Source: a virus (Duplodnaviria > Caudoviricetes). From it: a stretch of 50,599 bases of DNA. Of this stretch, positions 1 to 8,597 are shown piece by piece. The number at the start of each line of letters is the position of its first letter. Position 1 is the first letter of the stretch. Location: positions 1 to 50,599 of IMG/VR virus record IMGVR_UViG_3300033143_006358, one strand, 5' to 3'. The notes under the pieces were generated by a model, which made no database searches, was not told where the DNA came from, and saw only the letters and a program-made list of their open reading frames with translations. The position numbers and the translations under genes were made by a program.

Positions 1-114
1 CGATTGTCGCTCGTATTGCGCCACCGCAGACTGCATGGCCTCTATGCGCTCGTTAGATGTTAAATGACAGCCGCCCACGTACGCCGCCGTTATCAACAGC
101 AATATGCCGGTCAA
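1..114. repeat. Terminal direct repeat / circular overlap, left copy
   Basis: 1-114 is identical to 50486-50599 and an ORF reads continuously across the junction, as expected for assembly overlap of a circular contig. Confidence 0.97.
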
Positions 115-138
115 AATAAATGTTTTGTTCGTTCGCAT
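1..138 (-). CDS. 5' part of the junction-spanning lipoprotein gene (continues at 50485..49997)
   Basis: ATG at 138 preceded by GAAAGGA; reads MRTNKTFILTGILLLITAAYVGGC, in frame with ORF 49997..50599. Confidence 0.85.
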   Translation of the reverse strand, partial: MRTNKTFILTGILLLITAAYVGGCHLTSNERIEAMQSAVAQYERQS

Positions 139-179
139 CGTATTCCTTTCTGTAAAGTTACATCCTAGACACACGCTAT

Positions 180-662
180 TTACTGGCTGGCATCACCGCC
201 TTCCGCCGCTAATTTATGAACAGTTACCATCGCGCCCGGTCTGTCGCCGTAATGCTTGCTCGCTCCCTGGTTTACAATCTGGGCGTCATCTCTCCATATT
301 ACCTTGTTCAAGGCATCCTCGACGGCGCGGAACATCTTAGTTGTATCCGGCTTCACAATATGCGCCATGGGTGCGCTTGGTTTTAATTCGTCGTGGTTTC
401 TGCCGGTGCCGTAATGTCCTTTTGGCCGCGGCAGGTAAAATTCTACGAACAAGGCAATCGGTCCCGTCCATAATTCCCATCCGCCGCCTACCTCCTCCAG
501 CGCGCGGCCTTGCACTGACGCTCGCCATGCCGGGCCGCCTTTGCAACTGTCATGGGCGTACATTTTGCCGCTCTTTTTGCTCCGCCGCGGTGTTTTACTT
601 CCGGCCGTCATTGGTATGCCGGGGACAAAAAAACTTATTATCTCTTTCGCCTTCGTTTTCAT
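180..662 (-). CDS. rusA: RusA-family Holliday junction resolvase
   Basis: FFVPGIP N-terminus, FYLPRPK, KPDTTKMFRAVEDAL and IWRDDAQIV catalytic Asp motifs; ATG at 662 overlaps the upstream stop (ATGA). Confidence 0.9.
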   Translation of the reverse strand: MKTKAKEIISFFVPGIPMTAGSKTPRRSKKSGKMYAHDSCKGGPAWRASVQGRALEEVGGGWELWTGPIALFVEFYLPRPKGHYGTGRNHDELKPSAPMAHIVKPDTTKMFRAVEDALNKVIWRDDAQIVNQGASKHYGDRPGAMVTVHKLAAEGGDASQ

Positions 663-1171
663 TTCACCCTCGCAAATTCTAACGCCCATACCCAGGGATT
701 TATTTCCCGGCCAAAGCCGCGCTTCTCGACGCGGACGGATTTAACCTCTAAGTTAATCCGCGAAGCCCAGCGCGGCATGAACATCGCATTCAGTATCCCC
801 CCGTCATCTTCGATGGGTTGGTTTGGATACGTATAATCGGCCATATATGCACAACTCTTATCAAACCAACTTTTTGCTCCTTCTTCATTGTCGATGAATT
901 TTGGCCATTTTAATTGCCTGTTTTTGCCCACAGGGAGTTTTTCATAACACCAAACAGACTCTTTTACCCACAACATATCGCCGGGCGCGCCGTAGGGACA
1001 TTTGATGCGACTGCCATGTTCGTTTTCCCATCCGGCTCGCCCATTGACAACAATAGGATTCCACCTGACCCCATTCGGCTGCGGTTTTGTCACGCGCCGC
1101 GTCATCGTCTTGCGACCATCGAGGATTGCACGCACCATGTCGCCGGTGAATAATATCGGGTGGTATTTCAT
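659..1171 (-). CDS. Conserved phage protein, ASCH/PUA-like
   Basis: PILFTGDMVRAILDGRKTMTRR, CPYGAPGDMLWVKE, MPRWASRI and NPWVWALEF motifs of a common phage family. Confidence 0.75.
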   Translation of the reverse strand: MKYHPILFTGDMVRAILDGRKTMTRRVTKPQPNGVRWNPIVVNGRAGWENEHGSRIKCPYGAPGDMLWVKESVWCYEKLPVGKNRQLKWPKFIDNEEGAKSWFDKSCAYMADYTYPNQPIEDDGGILNAMFMPRWASRINLEVKSVRVEKRGFGREINPWVWALEFARVK

Positions 1172-1425
1172 CCCAGATCTCCCTGCTCGTTCAGTTGCCG
1201 GAGAAAGTCGGCAATGTCAACAATAACCTCGCCGCTAAGTTCTATTTCGTTATCTACGCTGAACATATATTTCCTGTCTTGTGAACAATAGTATAATGCT
1301 CCTAAATACACACCCTCTTTATTAAGACAATTCCACGTATTCATCAGCGCTGTATCTATAAACGTCACATTTTCATATAACGCTTCGCCTTTATGTTTGC
1401 CGAAAGGCATTGTAAATTCATTCAT
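1168..1425 (-). CDS. Hypothetical protein with MPFGKHKG motif
   Basis: ATGA-coupled on both sides; GGAGG upstream. Confidence 0.65.
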   Translation of the reverse strand: MNEFTMPFGKHKGEALYENVTFIDTALMNTWNCLNKEGVYLGALYYCSQDRKYMFSVDNEIELSGEVIVDIADFLRQLNEQGDLG

Positions 1426-2150
1426 TCCGCACCTCCCGCGGCTTTTACGATTTGCGATCCATACTTATCCATCCATATCGCCAACAAGGACACGTACAGC
1501 TCATATTCATCCACCTGCTCCGGCGTGTAATTATTCTCCGCGGCGCATCGCCGCACATTTTCTTGCCACCACGCTAACGGCTTGTCGATACAGCCGGAAC
1601 GAATTGTATCCGGACCTGAGACCTCCATATAATATCGACTGCCGCTGAAGTGCAGCGGAGGCGTTGGGAATAAATAACCATTTACGATAAACGTGCAGTT
1701 GTCCCGTATGGTGATTGTGTAATTGTCCTGCGTGGTGATTGTGCAGCCGCTCCGCGCGGTGATTGTGCAGCCTCTCAGCGCGGTGATTGCGCAGTTGTTC
1801 CACGCGGCGATTCTGCCGTAGTTCCGCGCGGTGATTGTGCCGTTATCCCCCGCGGTGATTGTGCAGCCACTCCCCGCGGTGATTGTGCTGTTGTTCCACG
1901 TGGTGATTGTGCAGCCGCTCCCCGCGGTGATTGCGCAGTTATCCCCCGTGGTGATTGTGCCGTTATCCCCCGCGGTGATTGTGCTGTTGTTCCACGCGGT
2001 GATTGCGCAGTTGTCACAATCACTAAAATCTATAACTAAACCGCTAATTGTCGAGCTAAACGTTCTTGTATCTTCGTCCCATGAAAATAACTTCAATGCC
2101 AGCGGCTTTCCATCTTTCAGCACTCTTTTTCTCACGTCAATCTTTTTCAT
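1422..2150 (-). CDS. Octapeptide-repeat (TITAGDNG-type) solenoid protein
   Basis: About 13 tandem 8-aa repeats; GGAGG SD. Confidence 0.8.
   Translation of the reverse strand: MKKIDVRKRVLKDGKPLALKLFSWDEDTRTFSSTISGLVIDFSDCDNCAITAWNNSTITAGDNGTITTGDNCAITAGSGCTITTWNNSTITAGSGCTITAGDNGTITARNYGRIAAWNNCAITALRGCTITARSGCTITTQDNYTITIRDNCTFIVNGYLFPTPPLHFSGSRYYMEVSGPDTIRSGCIDKPLAWWQENVRRCAAENNYTPEQVDEYELYVSLLAIWMDKYGSQIVKAAGGAE
1705..2015. repeat. 24-bp coding tandem repeat, about 13 units
   Basis: gtgattg(t/c)g recurs every 24 nt from 1711 to 1999. Confidence 0.9.
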
Positions 2151-2784
2151 CGCTACCTCCGGCGGCTAGTTGCTGCTTCTGCTCGTAAAGCGACATTGTC
2201 GGACGTAGGTTTGCTTTCTTAAGTTGTTCCGGCACCGACACGGGTATCAATTCCTTTCCGGCGATTTTATTACATATATACGTATAATATACCTTCGCTT
2301 TTATTATGCTTTCTCCGTGTTTTTCCAAGTGCAGCCTTTTTCTCTCTGCAATTTCGGCGTCCATTTTTTTTGCCTGCTCTAAAAATACCTGCCATTGCGC
2401 ATAATCATAACCGCCCTCGATGCCGGAATAATTATTCATCCCGTATTCTGCATACTTCGTCCACTGAGCCTTGCGGTAAAACTGGGCGGCGACCGGATTG
2501 TCGTTGGGTATGCCGAACACCACCTTGCGGGGACATGTACTTTTGTGCTTGCGCGTGAACTTCAATAAATCCCAAGCGTCCGGAGTATATGCCTGTTTGC
2601 CGCTTGCGCTCATTGCTTCCCGGTATTGGGACAAGGCGTTTATGAAGTCCTGGAAATACAACTTACGGCGATTGAAGATGTCGCATATTTCAGCTATGAT
2701 TCCATCCGTAAGTTTATTGTGGCCGGAATAATACTTGCTTAGTTCATCATACGCCGCATTTTGCGTCAATTTTGTGGTATCCAT
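2137..2784 (-). CDS. Hypothetical protein, possible replication accessory factor
   Basis: 215 aa ORF coupled (TGATG) directly downstream of the initiator, in the position of helicase-loader genes; function inferred from position only. Confidence 0.6.
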   Translation of the reverse strand: MDTTKLTQNAAYDELSKYYSGHNKLTDGIIAEICDIFNRRKLYFQDFINALSQYREAMSASGKQAYTPDAWDLLKFTRKHKSTCPRKVVFGIPNDNPVAAQFYRKAQWTKYAEYGMNNYSGIEGGYDYAQWQVFLEQAKKMDAEIAERKRLHLEKHGESIIKAKVYYTYICNKIAGKELIPVSVPEQLKKANLRPTMSLYEQKQQLAAGGSDEKD

Positions 2785-3530
2785 CAGTACAATTTCTCTC
2801 TTTCTTCCGCCTCTTTATCTAGGCGGGCATATTTTTCCTTGTCAGTCTCTTTTTTCAGCTTACCTTCGGCAGAGTCTTTGTCCATGCGATTTATGATAAT
2901 CCCCGGCTTAGTGGCAGGGCGTTCTTCAATGTACACTAGGCAGGCTTGTTTGCCGTAGGTCTTTACCGCCACTTTCCATTGCCGGTAATAATGCTCAATC
3001 AATCCTACCTGTCCAGTTTGGTCTGTCCATCTTTGATACACCTCATCAGTGTTTGTGTCTGTCTGTAAATTCATAGGGGGGTAGGGGGGTTCTTCTTCCT
3101 TATTTGGTATTGGTATTGGTATTGGTATTGGATAGCAAGGTTTAAGCATTGCTTGACCGTTGCTTGGGCTTTTGCTTTTAGCACCCTTATTATGCCTTGC
3201 GTTCGCTGCTTTAACTGCCCTATTATGTGTCATAACTCTATACTCTGACTGCTTTTGTAGTTCCTTAGATACTCTCTTGTGCGTTATTTTACCATCAATT
3301 ATCTCGAACTTATTTGAAATTTTCTCATACATTAACTTGGCTTTATCTGATCGTTTAACTCCGAATAACTTAGCAATAACTACCCAGCTAACGTCGAGAT
3401 AACCGTCATTTAACCACAAGTAATGTATGAGTTTGCAGTAACAACCATACTGCTCCATGTCCCAAAACATGACCTCTGTGTCACTAAAAAAGTCAGCAGG
3501 GAATACTTGGCAAGAGTTTGTAGAACGCAT
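2784..3530 (-). CDS. DUF1376/YdaU-family replication initiator-like protein
   Basis: FPADFFSDT...MEQYGCYCKLIHYLW N-terminus, ITHKRVSKEL, and a PIPIPIPIP linker; ATG 3530 preferred over the GTG at 3581. Confidence 0.8.
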   Translation of the reverse strand: MRSTNSCQVFPADFFSDTEVMFWDMEQYGCYCKLIHYLWLNDGYLDVSWVVIAKLFGVKRSDKAKLMYEKISNKFEIIDGKITHKRVSKELQKQSEYRVMTHNRAVKAANARHNKGAKSKSPSNGQAMLKPCYPIPIPIPIPNKEEEPPYPPMNLQTDTNTDEVYQRWTDQTGQVGLIEHYYRQWKVAVKTYGKQACLVYIEERPATKPGIIINRMDKDSAEGKLKKETDKEKYARLDKEAEEREKLY

Positions 3531-3550
3531 ATTTGGTACGCCCAAAAATA

Positions 3551-3645
3551 AAGGTTTTAGCGGGCTGGCAAGACAGAACACAAGGAACTGTACCCGCCAA
3601 AACCTTGAATCTCGTATCGGATTTCATTGTGTCCCATCTTGCCAT
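3551..3645 (-). promoter_or_regulatory. Structured RNA leader (hairpin plus 17-bp loop-upstream pairing) ahead of the initiator
   Basis: Stem 3593-3606/3551-3564; 3628-3644 is complementary to 3566-3582; every mismatch is G-U on the minus strand. Confidence 0.7.
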
Positions 3646-3651
3646 ATCCCA

Positions 3652-3679
3652 ATTATCCCTCATTATCCCAGGCTGTCAA
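3652..3679 (-). promoter_or_regulatory. Putative sigma70 promoter
   Basis: TTGACA (3679-3674), 16 nt spacer, GATAAT (3657-3652). Confidence 0.55.
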
Positions 3680-3715
3680 TGGTTTTTTTGGTGACCCGTC
3701 ACCCTTTATTTTTAA

Positions 3716-3772
3716 GCCGGTCGGTCGGTCGCTCGACCCACATTATTCGCTTGAGTTTCACAACCAACCGGC
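3716..3772 (-). terminator. Intergenic stem-loop, possible terminator or processing site
   Basis: GCCGGTTGGTTG...CGACCGACCGGC 12-bp stem with two G-U pairs on the minus strand. Confidence 0.45.
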
Positions 3773-3782
3773 GAATATGAAG

Positions 3783-4064
3783 TCATTTTTCCCCTTCGAT
3801 CTCAGCCAGGAGTTGCTCAGCTTCGGTCTTTAATTTCTCGTTTGTCCAAATATCCGCGGCGCCCAAGAAAGAATCCAGAAAATCCACCAGCCTGTCGTGG
3901 TAATTCGCGGCCTTGACAATGAAGCGGGCGTTGGCTGTCAGTTCTTTTTCCGGTCTCCCACCTTTTACTAATGTAGCAATTACCTTATTATTGCTGGCCC
4001 TTACAATGTTTTTAAGCGGAGTTGTTTTCCACGGAAGCGACGTATGCGAACTTTTCTTTTTCAT
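3783..4064 (-). CDS. Small phage protein (HTxxPW...ANARFI family)
   Basis: HTSLPWK and ANARFIVKAAN motifs; related to 44856..45179. Confidence 0.75.
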   Translation of the reverse strand: MKKKSSHTSLPWKTTPLKNIVRASNNKVIATLVKGGRPEKELTANARFIVKAANYHDRLVDFLDSFLGAADIWTNEKLKTEAEQLLAEIEGEK

Positions 4065-4171
4065 ACTTCCTTCTCAATCTCGTCCAGGATTTCATTATCG
4101 TCTGAAATATCAGGTTTTTCCGGCCACCAGTCAGGTAGTTTGTCGGTCATATCAATACTCCGCGGTTCCAT
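4061..4171 (-). CDS. Small acidic peptide, 36 aa, not in ORF track
   Basis: MEPRSIDMTDKLPDWWPEKPDISDDNEILDEIEKEV; GAAGGAG SD; ATGA overlap with the next gene. Confidence 0.55.
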   Translation of the reverse strand: MEPRSIDMTDKLPDWWPEKPDISDDNEILDEIEKEV

Positions 4172-4192
4172 CACTCGCTCTCCTTCCCGGCG

Positions 4193-4711
4193 TTAAAATG
4201 GGGGATCATTATTGATTGTGGACCCATTGTCCGTAACTGCTTCTGTTTCCTGATTTGTGTTCACTAGTGGCCTTTGTGGTTTGGCCGGTTTGCTCTGTGG
4301 CTTTTGGCCCTGCCTAAATCTAGCCTCTATCGTTTTGGTCCATTCACGGTCCACGGATTGATATTCTTTGTCGCCACTGTTAAGCATAGTCAGGCTCCAT
4401 TCTTCGTAGCCCTTGATATTGTGCTTACAGGATAATTCTATTCCGTCATATAACTGTTGCTGAAATCGTGGCTCGTCACAATTTCCATTCCAACTGATTT
4501 TCTCTAGTTTTTTCTCTGTGAACGGCCAAGCAGCATCGCTCATATATAGCAATACGTCACGGGTGCAGGGCGAAATGTCGCTCCATTGCTCTTCGTCTGC
4601 TATATGAGTTACTTCAAATCGCAGGTACATAAACGGGGTGCGTTTTTCGTTGTCCATCGCGGCCACTCCGGCTTTAAGTAAATGACCATAATATTGTCCA
4701 GTGTCTAACAT
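4193..4711 (-). CDS. Putative single-stranded DNA-binding protein (DUF669-like)
   Basis: Follows the Sak4-like gene; beta-rich N-terminus, flexible tail ending NDPPF like SSB C-termini. Confidence 0.6.
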   Translation of the reverse strand: MLDTGQYYGHLLKAGVAAMDNEKRTPFMYLRFEVTHIADEEQWSDISPCTRDVLLYMSDAAWPFTEKKLEKISWNGNCDEPRFQQQLYDGIELSCKHNIKGYEEWSLTMLNSGDKEYQSVDREWTKTIEARFRQGQKPQSKPAKPQRPLVNTNQETEAVTDNGSTINNDPPF

Positions 4712-4713
4712 AG

Positions 4714-5604
4714 TTATGCACTCCTTTTGTTAGGTTCAATGTGCTGCCAGATTGTATTCCAGATTTGGGATGGATCTTCCGGTATTTCAATTACATCCGG
4801 CATCCCATAACGATTTTTGGCGTCGAAGGTATCTCTATGCTCGGTATAAAGTACCCGTTCTGTACCGCCAATACCCTTGCCCTTTTTTCCTTTGGTGTCA
4901 ACTTTGTCAACGATTGTAAGAAACGTACCAAACAAAACCGCGTCGGCCCATCTGTGAGTTAGACTCCATGTTTTTTTATGTAGGTCCGCAATATACTTAT
5001 CAAAGTCTGCGCCGACGGGATTTTTGAAATCCTTTATTTGATAGTGACTTGTCAGCACAATGGTTATGCCCTTATCTTTTAATTTGTCTAGCTTGGCTAA
5101 CAGACCGATCCAATCCGTTAAAGCGGTATCGTAACCCTTCTGGTAAGATGCAAATCCCGTATCACCCCAGTCGTTATTATAATCACGACGACAAACGTGT
5201 TCATGGCACAATCGTTCTATGCCATTTAACGCGTCAAAACCAATTATTTGGTGTGGCAATTTGTCATCCATACTGTTTAAGTCGTCTAACAAAGCTAACA
5301 ATTCCGACCAGGTGTTTATCGTTGTGTCATCAATTTGTGGAACTCGGCCCGCACCTAACAAGGTTTCGTACCCGGTTTCACCGCGTATTTGTACAATGGC
5401 TGCATTTGGCGCAAAAGCTATAGCACTGGTTTTGCCCCAGCCCTCAACGCAATTCAAAACAATTCGAGGCGGCTTAAACTCAGCCTTGCTTTTACTAAAC
5501 TTCGGCACGACAACATTAGTTAATTGTTTTAGTTTATTGCCGTTCGTGCTAGACGGTGGCGGCAAGTTGGGTTTTGTCGGCGGTTTTGTTTGTGGAGGAT
5601 TCAT
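4714..5604 (-). CDS. Sak4-like AAA_24 ATPase / single-strand annealing protein
   Basis: Walker A VEGWGKT, Walker B IGFDAL, YQKGY, WADAVLF and DAKNRYGMP motifs; ATG 5604 with AAAGGA SD. Confidence 0.88.
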   Translation of the reverse strand: MNPPQTKPPTKPNLPPPSSTNGNKLKQLTNVVVPKFSKSKAEFKPPRIVLNCVEGWGKTSAIAFAPNAAIVQIRGETGYETLLGAGRVPQIDDTTINTWSELLALLDDLNSMDDKLPHQIIGFDALNGIERLCHEHVCRRDYNNDWGDTGFASYQKGYDTALTDWIGLLAKLDKLKDKGITIVLTSHYQIKDFKNPVGADFDKYIADLHKKTWSLTHRWADAVLFGTFLTIVDKVDTKGKKGKGIGGTERVLYTEHRDTFDAKNRYGMPDVIEIPEDPSQIWNTIWQHIEPNKRSA

Positions 5605-6742
5605 TATTATTTTCCTTTTGTTCCAGTTCAGGATGAACATTTTTAGCTATTTCATATCCTTCGGGTATTAAACCAGATTCGGGGTCATATCCATTGGTGC
5701 ACAAATCAAAATACGGACAAGTGCCATAGCCAATACAGGCGCCGGTATTACGCGGCCAACGGCCATGCCTATAACAATCACGAAGTATTTTTGCTGTTTG
5801 CCAAAGCTCATAGCGAGCATCATCCAGATCAGATTCCAGTCGATGAATTTCCCTGCGTGCGAAGTAAAAGTCCGGGCGCCTGGCTATATCGGCGGTGAGT
5901 CTATCGCCGTACATTTCCAAAGTTTCAATAATGGCAAATCCTTTTTTCCCCGGCACGATTTGTGCTTCTTGTGCGTTTACGGCGAATGAAACCTTATCGT
6001 ATTTCACGTCGTAGGTATCAATTACAGTCAATTTTTCATCCTTAGTAAATTTATGTAAATAGCGACCCGATAAAATTAGCTCTGCCGTAGCCTTTTGCGT
6101 TAGAGTAATTGGTTTGGCCAGCGTCGGCTTACGAGTCACATCATAAAGGGTGGTATTTATGTCATAGCCAAGATACTGAGCGGCCAAGACATACATACTA
6201 ATTTGACTGTCAATCCTTAACCGTTTCCAATAATCGGATTCGGGCGATAAGTCGGTGCTGGTTGTTTTGTGCTCCACATTAGTCAGACGATTATCTGGCA
6301 ACATACCAATTTTATCGACTACGCCGAATGCACGGTATGTACGGGAGGAGCGACCGGTATCGGGGTTCACTATCGGCATTTCAAAGAATCGCTCAGACTC
6401 CAATATCTTGATTTGATGATCTGGCTCGCTCCATCGCCAAAAATAACCACTTAGTAATCGCCCTACAATTTCTCGTTCCAGTAACCAATCGGGCAGAGAT
6501 TCTTCCGCCACATTGTCAAAGCCGGTATCGTAAAACTTTAGCGCTTCGGTCACGGCTTTTTCTGACGATAGTCCTTTGGCTCTTAGGTCTAAGCCTATGT
6601 GGAACACTTTGCCCATACGCAATGGCTTTTCATCAACAATTCGACGTAAGCCAACTACATAGCTTAGAAAGTGTTTACGCAAACAGGTCATGGCTGTTTG
6701 CTTTCTACTATACGTCAATACGTCACTATCCATTGGCTTCAC
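5549..6742 (-). CDS. PD-(D/E)XK exonuclease, Cas4/AddB-like
   Basis: GVVDKI...VEHKTT, SQISMY, one N-terminal Cys plus C-terminal C-x5-C-x5-C (Fe-S staple pattern). Confidence 0.88.
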   Translation of the reverse strand: MKPMDSDVLTYSRKQTAMTCLRKHFLSYVVGLRRIVDEKPLRMGKVFHIGLDLRAKGLSSEKAVTEALKFYDTGFDNVAEESLPDWLLEREIVGRLLSGYFWRWSEPDHQIKILESERFFEMPIVNPDTGRSSRTYRAFGVVDKIGMLPDNRLTNVEHKTTSTDLSPESDYWKRLRIDSQISMYVLAAQYLGYDINTTLYDVTRKPTLAKPITLTQKATAELILSGRYLHKFTKDEKLTVIDTYDVKYDKVSFAVNAQEAQIVPGKKGFAIIETLEMYGDRLTADIARRPDFYFARREIHRLESDLDDARYELWQTAKILRDCYRHGRWPRNTGACIGYGTCPYFDLCTNGYDPESGLIPEGYEIAKNVHPELEQKENNNESSTNKTADKTQLAATV

Positions 6743-6906
6743 TTTCTTTCATATGGCCGGCGGAGCAAAAGGACGGTAATGCCCCGCCGACCTCTTTTTT
6801 CTTTTTGCTCATCAGTAATTGACTTACTGCAAGACTTATAGCACGACTAACAAGTTCTTCGGCTCATCGACACATTGGCTTATAGCCGTCGTCCACGATG
6901 TATCGC

Positions 6907-7152
6907 CTACTTATGAACATTTACTGCGCGACTTATAGCTTGACTTACTGCATTACTAATTTCGCTGTCCGTTCCGGCTAGTTCTTCTTTTGGAATCGCT
7001 ATTTTTAATGTGTACGGCATTTTAATAATCACCTCCTTTCTTGTGATATTGATATTATCATTTCCTATCGCCATATCGATATTGAATCCGAACGACCTCA
7101 TTGATTCGTTTACGCGGTCGATTAGCTCAAATATCTTTTCCATCGCCGTCAC
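6907..7152 (-). CDS. Hypothetical protein
   Basis: GTG start after GAAAGAAA, the same start context as the nuclease gene. Confidence 0.55.
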   Translation of the reverse strand: MTAMEKIFELIDRVNESMRSFGFNIDMAIGNDNINITRKEVIIKMPYTLKIAIPKEELAGTDSEISNAVSQAISRAVNVHK

Positions 7153-7226
7153 TTTCTTTCATATTTAGTCGCGGGCCGGATCCCCCACCCGGCGCCTTCG
7201 CCTGGCAGCCTATTCACTTTTAATAA

Positions 7227-7544
7227 CTAAGTCAGTTGGTTCTTAAAGTGCTTGACAACATATTCGTGCATTGCTTTCAATTCCCCAAGCCGACTTTCGG
7301 TATCTTTTATATGCAAGGCAATTATTTTTGGAATAAGATTTTCCAAGTCTAATGCTGCATGGAAATCGAGCCACTCTGAAACGCCGCCGATAGTAATTAC
7401 AATCCTGGGGTTATCTTCCCACATTGAATACATCTGCCAGCCAAGATCAATGTTATATTGCTTCCGGTATTCCATCATAATATCATGCAACTCATCTAGG
7501 GTGTAGCTGCCTACCTTACGAACATTAACTACTTGGCCGTTCAT
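7227..7544 (-). CDS. Hypothetical protein
   Basis: 105 aa ORF with GAAGGAG SD. Confidence 0.7.
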   Translation of the reverse strand: MNGQVVNVRKVGSYTLDELHDIMMEYRKQYNIDLGWQMYSMWEDNPRIVITIGGVSEWLDFHAALDLENLIPKIIALHIKDTESRLGELKAMHEYVVKHFKNQLT

Positions 7545-7628
7545 ATCTATCTCCTTCCGGCTTATTTGCTGCCCCTACTCCGTTCGCGGGCGTGTTTCTG
7601 CCGCCTGCAATCCAATGGCGACGGCGAG

Positions 7629-7826
7629 TTATTTATCGTCGCCGTCCTTGACAGGTATATATTTATCTAGGTCGGCTTCTGGAATTATTGATTTTCGCGA
7701 GACTTTTATACATTGCGGAGCAACGATACCAATTCTCGTCTTGCCATATTTCCGCGGAAGGTTTTTGATGGCAATATCCTTATTTATATACACAATATCA
7801 TTTAGCCTTAAGGTCAATACTAACAT
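7629..7826 (-). CDS. csrA: Carbon storage regulator CsrA/RsmA homologue
   Basis: MLVLTLRLNDIVYINKDI...RIGIVAPQCIKVSR matches the CsrA pattern MLxLxR...xGIxAPxxxxVxR. Confidence 0.85.
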   Translation of the reverse strand: MLVLTLRLNDIVYINKDIAIKNLPRKYGKTRIGIVAPQCIKVSRKSIIPEADLDKYIPVKDGDDK

Positions 7827-8146
7827 TACACTGCCCTTTCGTCGTCCGTGACTTTGATTCCCAGCTTACCAACCTTAGATAATAATTTGTTGACAAGCCC
7901 GGCGTATCGCGCGTTCCCGTGTTTGATCTTATCAAGCATGTCAATAGCTTCCTGTAACAGCGATTCCTCCGTGTCCTTCGGCTGCGGGCGGCGGATGTTC
8001 AGGAACCAACCTACCTTACAATCGATTTTGTAGCACAGGTTACAATTCCAGTCATCTTTTTTGTAGGTAGCAAAGAACCAGCCGTCCTCCCAATTCTTGT
8101 TATCACGGCTCACTTCCACCTCATCGCCAGCCTTAAACCTATTCAT
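7826..8146 (-). CDS. Hypothetical protein, paralog of 8139..8597
   Basis: Shares GDEVEVS-DNK-WEDGWFFAT...RRPQPKDTEESLL with its neighbour. Confidence 0.75.
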   Translation of the reverse strand: MNRFKAGDEVEVSRDNKNWEDGWFFATYKKDDWNCNLCYKIDCKVGWFLNIRRPQPKDTEESLLQEAIDMLDKIKHGNARYAGLVNKLLSKVGKLGIKVTDDERAV

Positions 8147-8597
8147 TGCTTGCCCTCTCAGCTTTCAGTTTGTCGTTAAACTCTTTAACTTTCGACAAAA
8201 CATTGCGGAATTGGCTATCTCCGTGATCTACCAAGTTACAACCCGCTTTATATAGTTCCTCCAGTAGCGATTCCTCCGTGTCCTTCGGCTGCGGGCGGCG
8301 GCAATGGCAGAACCAGCATACACTGCTATCGGCGGTGTAGCATAGGTAGGAATTCCAGTCCGCTTTTTTGTCGGTAGCAAAGAACCAGCCGTCCTCCCAA
8401 CCCTTGTTATCATGGCTCACCTCCACCTCATCGCCAGGCTGGAATTCAGGGACAGGAAAGATGTCCACTGATAAAGGCATAAGCAAATCACACGTCTTTA
8501 TCCGCACGATCAAAGAAGGAAAAGGAAGATGCGCACCACGAACCTCCTGAACCTTTGCCTTTACAAATACGTCATCGCCAACCTTAACCTCATTCAT
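8139..8597 (-). CDS. Hypothetical protein with SH3/KOW-like GDxVxV starts, paralog of 7826..8146
   Basis: VKVGDDVFV and FQPGDEVEV repeats; 8266-8437 duplicates 7959-8130. Confidence 0.75.
   Translation of the reverse strand: MNEVKVGDDVFVKAKVQEVRGAHLPFPSLIVRIKTCDLLMPLSVDIFPVPEFQPGDEVEVSHDNKGWEDGWFFATDKKADWNSYLCYTADSSVCWFCHCRRPQPKDTEESLLEELYKAGCNLVDHGDSQFRNVLSKVKEFNDKLKAERASNE

Noticed and set aside
1-114. Biological terminal repeat of the virion DNA
   Set aside because: It falls in the middle of a gene and is best explained as assembly overlap of a circular contig; true ends cannot be read from this sequence
1705-2015. Regularly spaced repeats resembling a CRISPR array
   Set aside because: The period is only 24 nt, the array is in frame inside a coding gene, and the variable parts are reused rather than unique spacers
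3103-3132. TATTGG hexamer run as replication iterons
   Set aside because: Fully explained by the PIPIPIPIP linker codons; an origin role cannot be supported from sequence alone
5549-6742. Cas4 as part of a CRISPR-Cas system
   Set aside because: No cas1/cas2 or array; the context (Sak4, SSB) is a standard phage recombination module
7959-8437. Possible DGR template/variable repeat pair
   Set aside because: Differences are not confined to adenines, both copies are coding, and no reverse transcriptase is present
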